64,000 nt of DNA, from NCBI GenBank assembly GCA_964016885.1, contig OZ024753.1:46004001-46068000 (forward strand), read 5' to 3'. This document shows positions 59,589 to 64,000 of this stretch, piece by piece. This DNA comes from Eledone cirrhosa (lineage: Eukaryota). Under the pieces are notes generated by a model. The model was not told the origin of the DNA. It saw only the letters and a list, made by a program, of their open reading frames with translations, and ran no database searches. Position 1 is the stretch's first letter; each line of letters begins with the position of its first letter. Both the position numbers and the translations under genes were made by a program.

Positions 59589-60095
59589 AACTTCGATTAT
59601 GCTGGTCTTAACGAAGACAAATATAGTCAACTTTTGATAGAATACACTGAAACCACGCCACATTTCTCTAATACACAACACAACGACTGTAACACAACGA
59701 CTGTAACACAGGGAATGTAACACAACGACTGTAACACACAGATAAATACAGGATATTAGGGAGAGAAGGAACTCTTCAAATTATTATCATTGTGCATTCC
59801 ATACGATTAACAAAGTTTATGTCAATGTGAAAATGTTGGTTGTCAGCTAAGCTGAGACATGTCATATCTAAAACAAAAATTTAAGCAATATAAATATATG
59901 TGTGTGTGTGTGTGAGTGTGTTTGTGAATGAGACTGTTTATAATACATATATATATATATGCGAAGGAGTGTGGATGTATGAGTGTGTATGTGTGTATGT
60001 GTATGTATGTACACGCGAAAGATAGTATTTTTTTTAAATATATCCTCTCAGGTAAAATGTATTTCTCTCTCTCTCTCGCTGTTTTTCACCCTTTC

Positions 60096-60186
<91 letters not shown>

Positions 60187-60272
60187 GTGTGTGTGTGTCA
60201 GTGCTTCTGGGTGTGTATATAGATGTGGAGACATGTGAATATTAAGAAATGACGTTCGCGAAAAAAAATAAT

Positions 60273-60458
60273 TGTTTCTACTTTTGGCACAAGGCCAGCA
60301 ATTATCCACTGCATTACTGGTACTTTATTTTATCGACCCCGTAAGGATGAAAGGCAAAGTCAACCTCGGCGGGATTTGAACTCAGATCGTTAAGGGACGT
60401 AACTATGCTGGAAAGCATGGCGTCCGACCCTCTACCGAGACTGCCAATCCACCGCCTT
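60273..60458 (-). mobile_element. tRNA-derived SINE, full length
   Basis: Family match; TSD cg(a)n taat on both sides with A-run slippage (60259-60272 / 60459-60478). Confidence 0.9.
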
Positions 60459-60690
60459 CGAAAAAAAAAAAAAATAATACTAAGGAAGAGGATGAACGAT
60501 GAGAACAAGTAAGGAAGGAAAGAATAGAAGAGTGTAGGAAAAGAGGAAGGGTGGAGGGAGGGAGGCAGAGAGCGACAGGGAGGGTGAGGAGGAGGTGAAA
60601 GAGAGGGTAGGAATACAAAAGGGGTGGAGAGAGAGATTTGGAATTTGCTGTAGGAATTGTGTCACGATGTGTTATTTCACTCTATACTAC

Positions 60691-61073
60691 CGTGGTTTTT
60701 GTTTATAGTGGGGGAGGGGGGAGTTCTAGACGGTAGAGTGGGAGGTGGTGGTGGTGGTGGTGGGGGCAGTTGAGGTGTTGTTGTTGTTGGTGGTGGTGGT
60801 AGTGTTGGTAGTGGTGGTGGTGTTAGTAGTGGTGTTTGTGATGGTGGTGGTGGTGGTGGTGGTGCCGTTGTTGTTAGTAGTGGTTGTGATGGTGGTAGTG
60901 GTGATGCTGGAGGTGGTGATGTTACTGGCGCTGCCGGTGATAGTGGTGGTGGGGGTGCTACTGTTGCTGGTAGTGGTGCTAGAGATGCAGTTGGTGGTGG
61001 AGGCGTTGCAGTTTCTTTGCTCATCAGCCGCGGTATTTATGCGGAAGGAGACAACAACGAAGTGACTAAATGT
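60691..61073 (-). CDS. Candidate exon with Pro-rich ORF (MSKETATPPPP...)
   Basis: Strong acceptor tttttttctgtattttttctAG, ATG at 61024, weak donor cacg/GTAGTA. The body is degenerate (ACC)n. Confidence 0.25.
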
Positions 61074-61210
61074 CTAGAAAAAATACAGAAAAAAATTCTC
61101 AAAATAAATACTAAACACTAAATAAAATTGTAATGGTATAGTTGTATGTTATAGTTTTTATGTGTATTGTTGTTGTTGTCTTCCATAAGTATCTGCTGTG
61201 ACTGACTGAC

Positions 61211-61257
61211 TGGCATGCGCGTGCCATTCCCCGCCTCTTCATATGTCATGTGACGTC
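61211..61257. promoter_or_regulatory. Putative cis-regulatory motif cluster
   Basis: Near-palindrome tggcatgcgcgtgcca, GC-box-like ccccgcct, E/M-box gtcatgtgac overlapping CRE-like tgacgtc; locally CpG-rich. Confidence 0.25.
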
Positions 61258-62189
61258 TTGCGCGTGTCTGTACGTGCCTTATGTCTAGCTTTATTCGTCA
61301 GTGTTTGTTCCTGTTTATTCACGTGTGTTCGTGTGTATTTGCATGAGTGTGTGTGTGGGGGTGTGTTTGTGTGTGTGTGTGTGAGAGTAAGTGCGTCTGA
61401 GAATTTCGTTTATATATATATATATATATATCTGTGGGGTTTCCATTTATCTGTGTATCTGTATGAATATATATATATGTGTGTGTAAGTCTCTGTGTGT
61501 GTATATATATATGTGTGTGTGTGTATGTATGCGTGTATGAGTGAGTGTATGTGGGTGTGAGATGTCTGTGTGTATTTATTTAACAGGAATAAGGAAATGG
61601 TATGAAGTAATTGGGTCAAAGAAAACCAACAAACTCTCGTGTACACACATCTTGAAATGTGGCTTTGATTATAAATGAACTGAAACTATTGCCTCTACTA
61701 TATTGAAGTGGATTAGAATACACAGTCTTCGGTGCTAGCAAATGTACTTTAGTAATAGTTATATTTATAATTCTTGGGTTTGTTTTTTTCTTTCTTTGAA
61801 TATTTCAAATCGCTCGTTCATAAGGGTTTCTTATTTTTGCACAAAGCAAACAAATTTAAAGAGAAGAAAGCAGAGTACATCGAGCCCATTACTTAACGGG
61901 TACTTTATCTTATTGTCCTCGGATTACTGATATCTGATTATAAAAGACAAATTTGACATTGGCGAGATTTGCCTATCATCTTTCCAGTGTCGAGAAAGTA
62001 ATAATCTACATGTAGTGGCTTTTCTATTTTCCCAAATTAATGAACTACTAGTGTAGGCGTTGATTGAACGATGTCAATCAACGCCTACAGTAACAAGGCC
62101 TATAGTATCTCAGTTTACATTAGCACAGAACACCCTGAGTAACTCTACCAATTTCTTCTCTGAGTCTACAATAATAATAATAATAATAA

Positions 62190-62295
62190 TTGTTTCTACT
62201 TTTGGCACAAGGCCAGCAATTAACCAGTGCATTACTGGTACTTTATTATTCGACCCCGTAAGGATGAAAGGCAAAGTCAACCTCGGCGGGATTTG
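62190..62295 (-). mobile_element. tRNA-derived SINE, 5'-truncated, inserted in (TAA)n
   Basis: Core and tail match; (TAA)n on both sides. Confidence 0.88.
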
Positions 62296-62308
62296 TAATA
62301 ATAATAAT

Positions 62309-62344
<36 letters not shown>

Positions 62345-62949
62345 AGAGAGTGAGAGAAATAAAGGGAAAGAGATAGATAGATACAGAGATAGATAGGTAG
62401 AAATTGGTAGATAAAGAGATATATAGATAGATGCATATCTCCAGAGACAGATAAAGTGACTCAAAAAGAGACAATGATAGAAAGACAGCTAAACAGACAA
62501 GACATAGTTGCCAACACAACAGAGCAGACGATAGTATGAAATATTTCATATACATCTTGTACAAAAACACGTGAAAATCATTGCTTTCAGTAATACTTGA
62601 TATTGTTTTGTTTATTTGAAATGTTTCTTTTAAAGTTTTATATTGTACATGTTACCATGGTTATTGTTCATTAAAACTGCTTTTAAAGAAAAAAAATAAC
62701 AGCATAATTTTATAGTTATAAACATATAAACATATAAATAATAAGATTGCAGTAAATATATATTTTTTTTTAATCACAAGAAATCTTCTTCTAACGTAAA
62801 TAATTGAGATTTTCATTGGACACTTGGATATTTAGTTAAGTGTAAAATGACGTAAGGAATTATTCAGCTGTAAATGGAAGATTTTTGGAAAACTCATAAA
62901 GATATTTTGATGACAGTTCGTGTCAACCAGAGAAACATAAGGGCCCTTA

Positions 62950-63560
<611 letters not shown>

Positions 63561-64000
63561 AACATTATCTCCAACGTCTCTCTTTCTACTAGCTATTCCC
63601 TGTCTTCCTCACTCTCAGCGTCTGTCTGTTCCTCCTTCTATCATCCTAATATATCTCTATATCAAGTGCTCACTCACATACATTGCTAAAGACACAGACA
63701 CACAGACACACATACGGACCGGCACACATACGCACATACGGACCGGCACACATACACACATACGGACATAACACACAACCCCCACCACTCACTTTATATA
63801 TGTATTGGGTACATCTCTCAATGAAATAAATCTCAGCTACTCTCACTGGACTACGGTAACAACTTCATCTATATATTCGATATTTACGAGAGCAAAAAGG
63901 AAAGAATAACAGTTTCCACAATAGTCAAACAAGAAAGGACAGTTATTACTTGCTGACCACAGTCGTTTGAAGGACTCACAGTAGAGTCACCCCTAAAATA

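Noticed and set aside
61005-61030. CTGATGA-gcaaa-GAAA on the minus strand
   Set aside because: No stem II and no stem I/III pairing; a chance match.

Overview
Eukaryotic, very AT-rich, microsatellite-saturated DNA. The repeat families resemble those of an octopus or other coleoid cephalopod, but that is inference. There is a 200-N scaffold gap at 10097-10296. Almost all ORFs in the supplied track are (TA)n, (TG)n or (GGT)n artefacts. Recognisable content: (1) a near full-length Penelope-like retroelement with three frameshifts and a Naiad-type architecture (RT plus C-terminal GIY-YIG, 292-bp direct pLTRs, 2738-6510). Its pLTR folds into a type I hammerhead ribozyme with an unusually long branched stem II, and its 3' end is part of a ~1-kb palindrome. 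(2) Two further intact-core minimal hammerheads (25174-25239 on -, 49030-49096 on +) and several decayed ones, in short non-coding elements beside (TA)n tracts, often with fold-back inverted duplications. (3) A 3' fragment of an R4/Dong-like RLE retrotransposon, four copies of a ~610-bp bipartite RTE-derived element, remnants of RTE and CR1/L2 LINEs and a mariner, three Tc1/mariner MITEs, and nine copies of a tRNA-derived SINE with ATTAT-starting TSDs. (4) A tRNA-like sequence duplicated as an inverted repeat, a GC-rich hairpin carrying two CTCF-like motifs, and several unverified minus-strand exon candidates, one of them IPT/TIG-like. No host gene can be named with confidence. All folds and alignments were done by eye.
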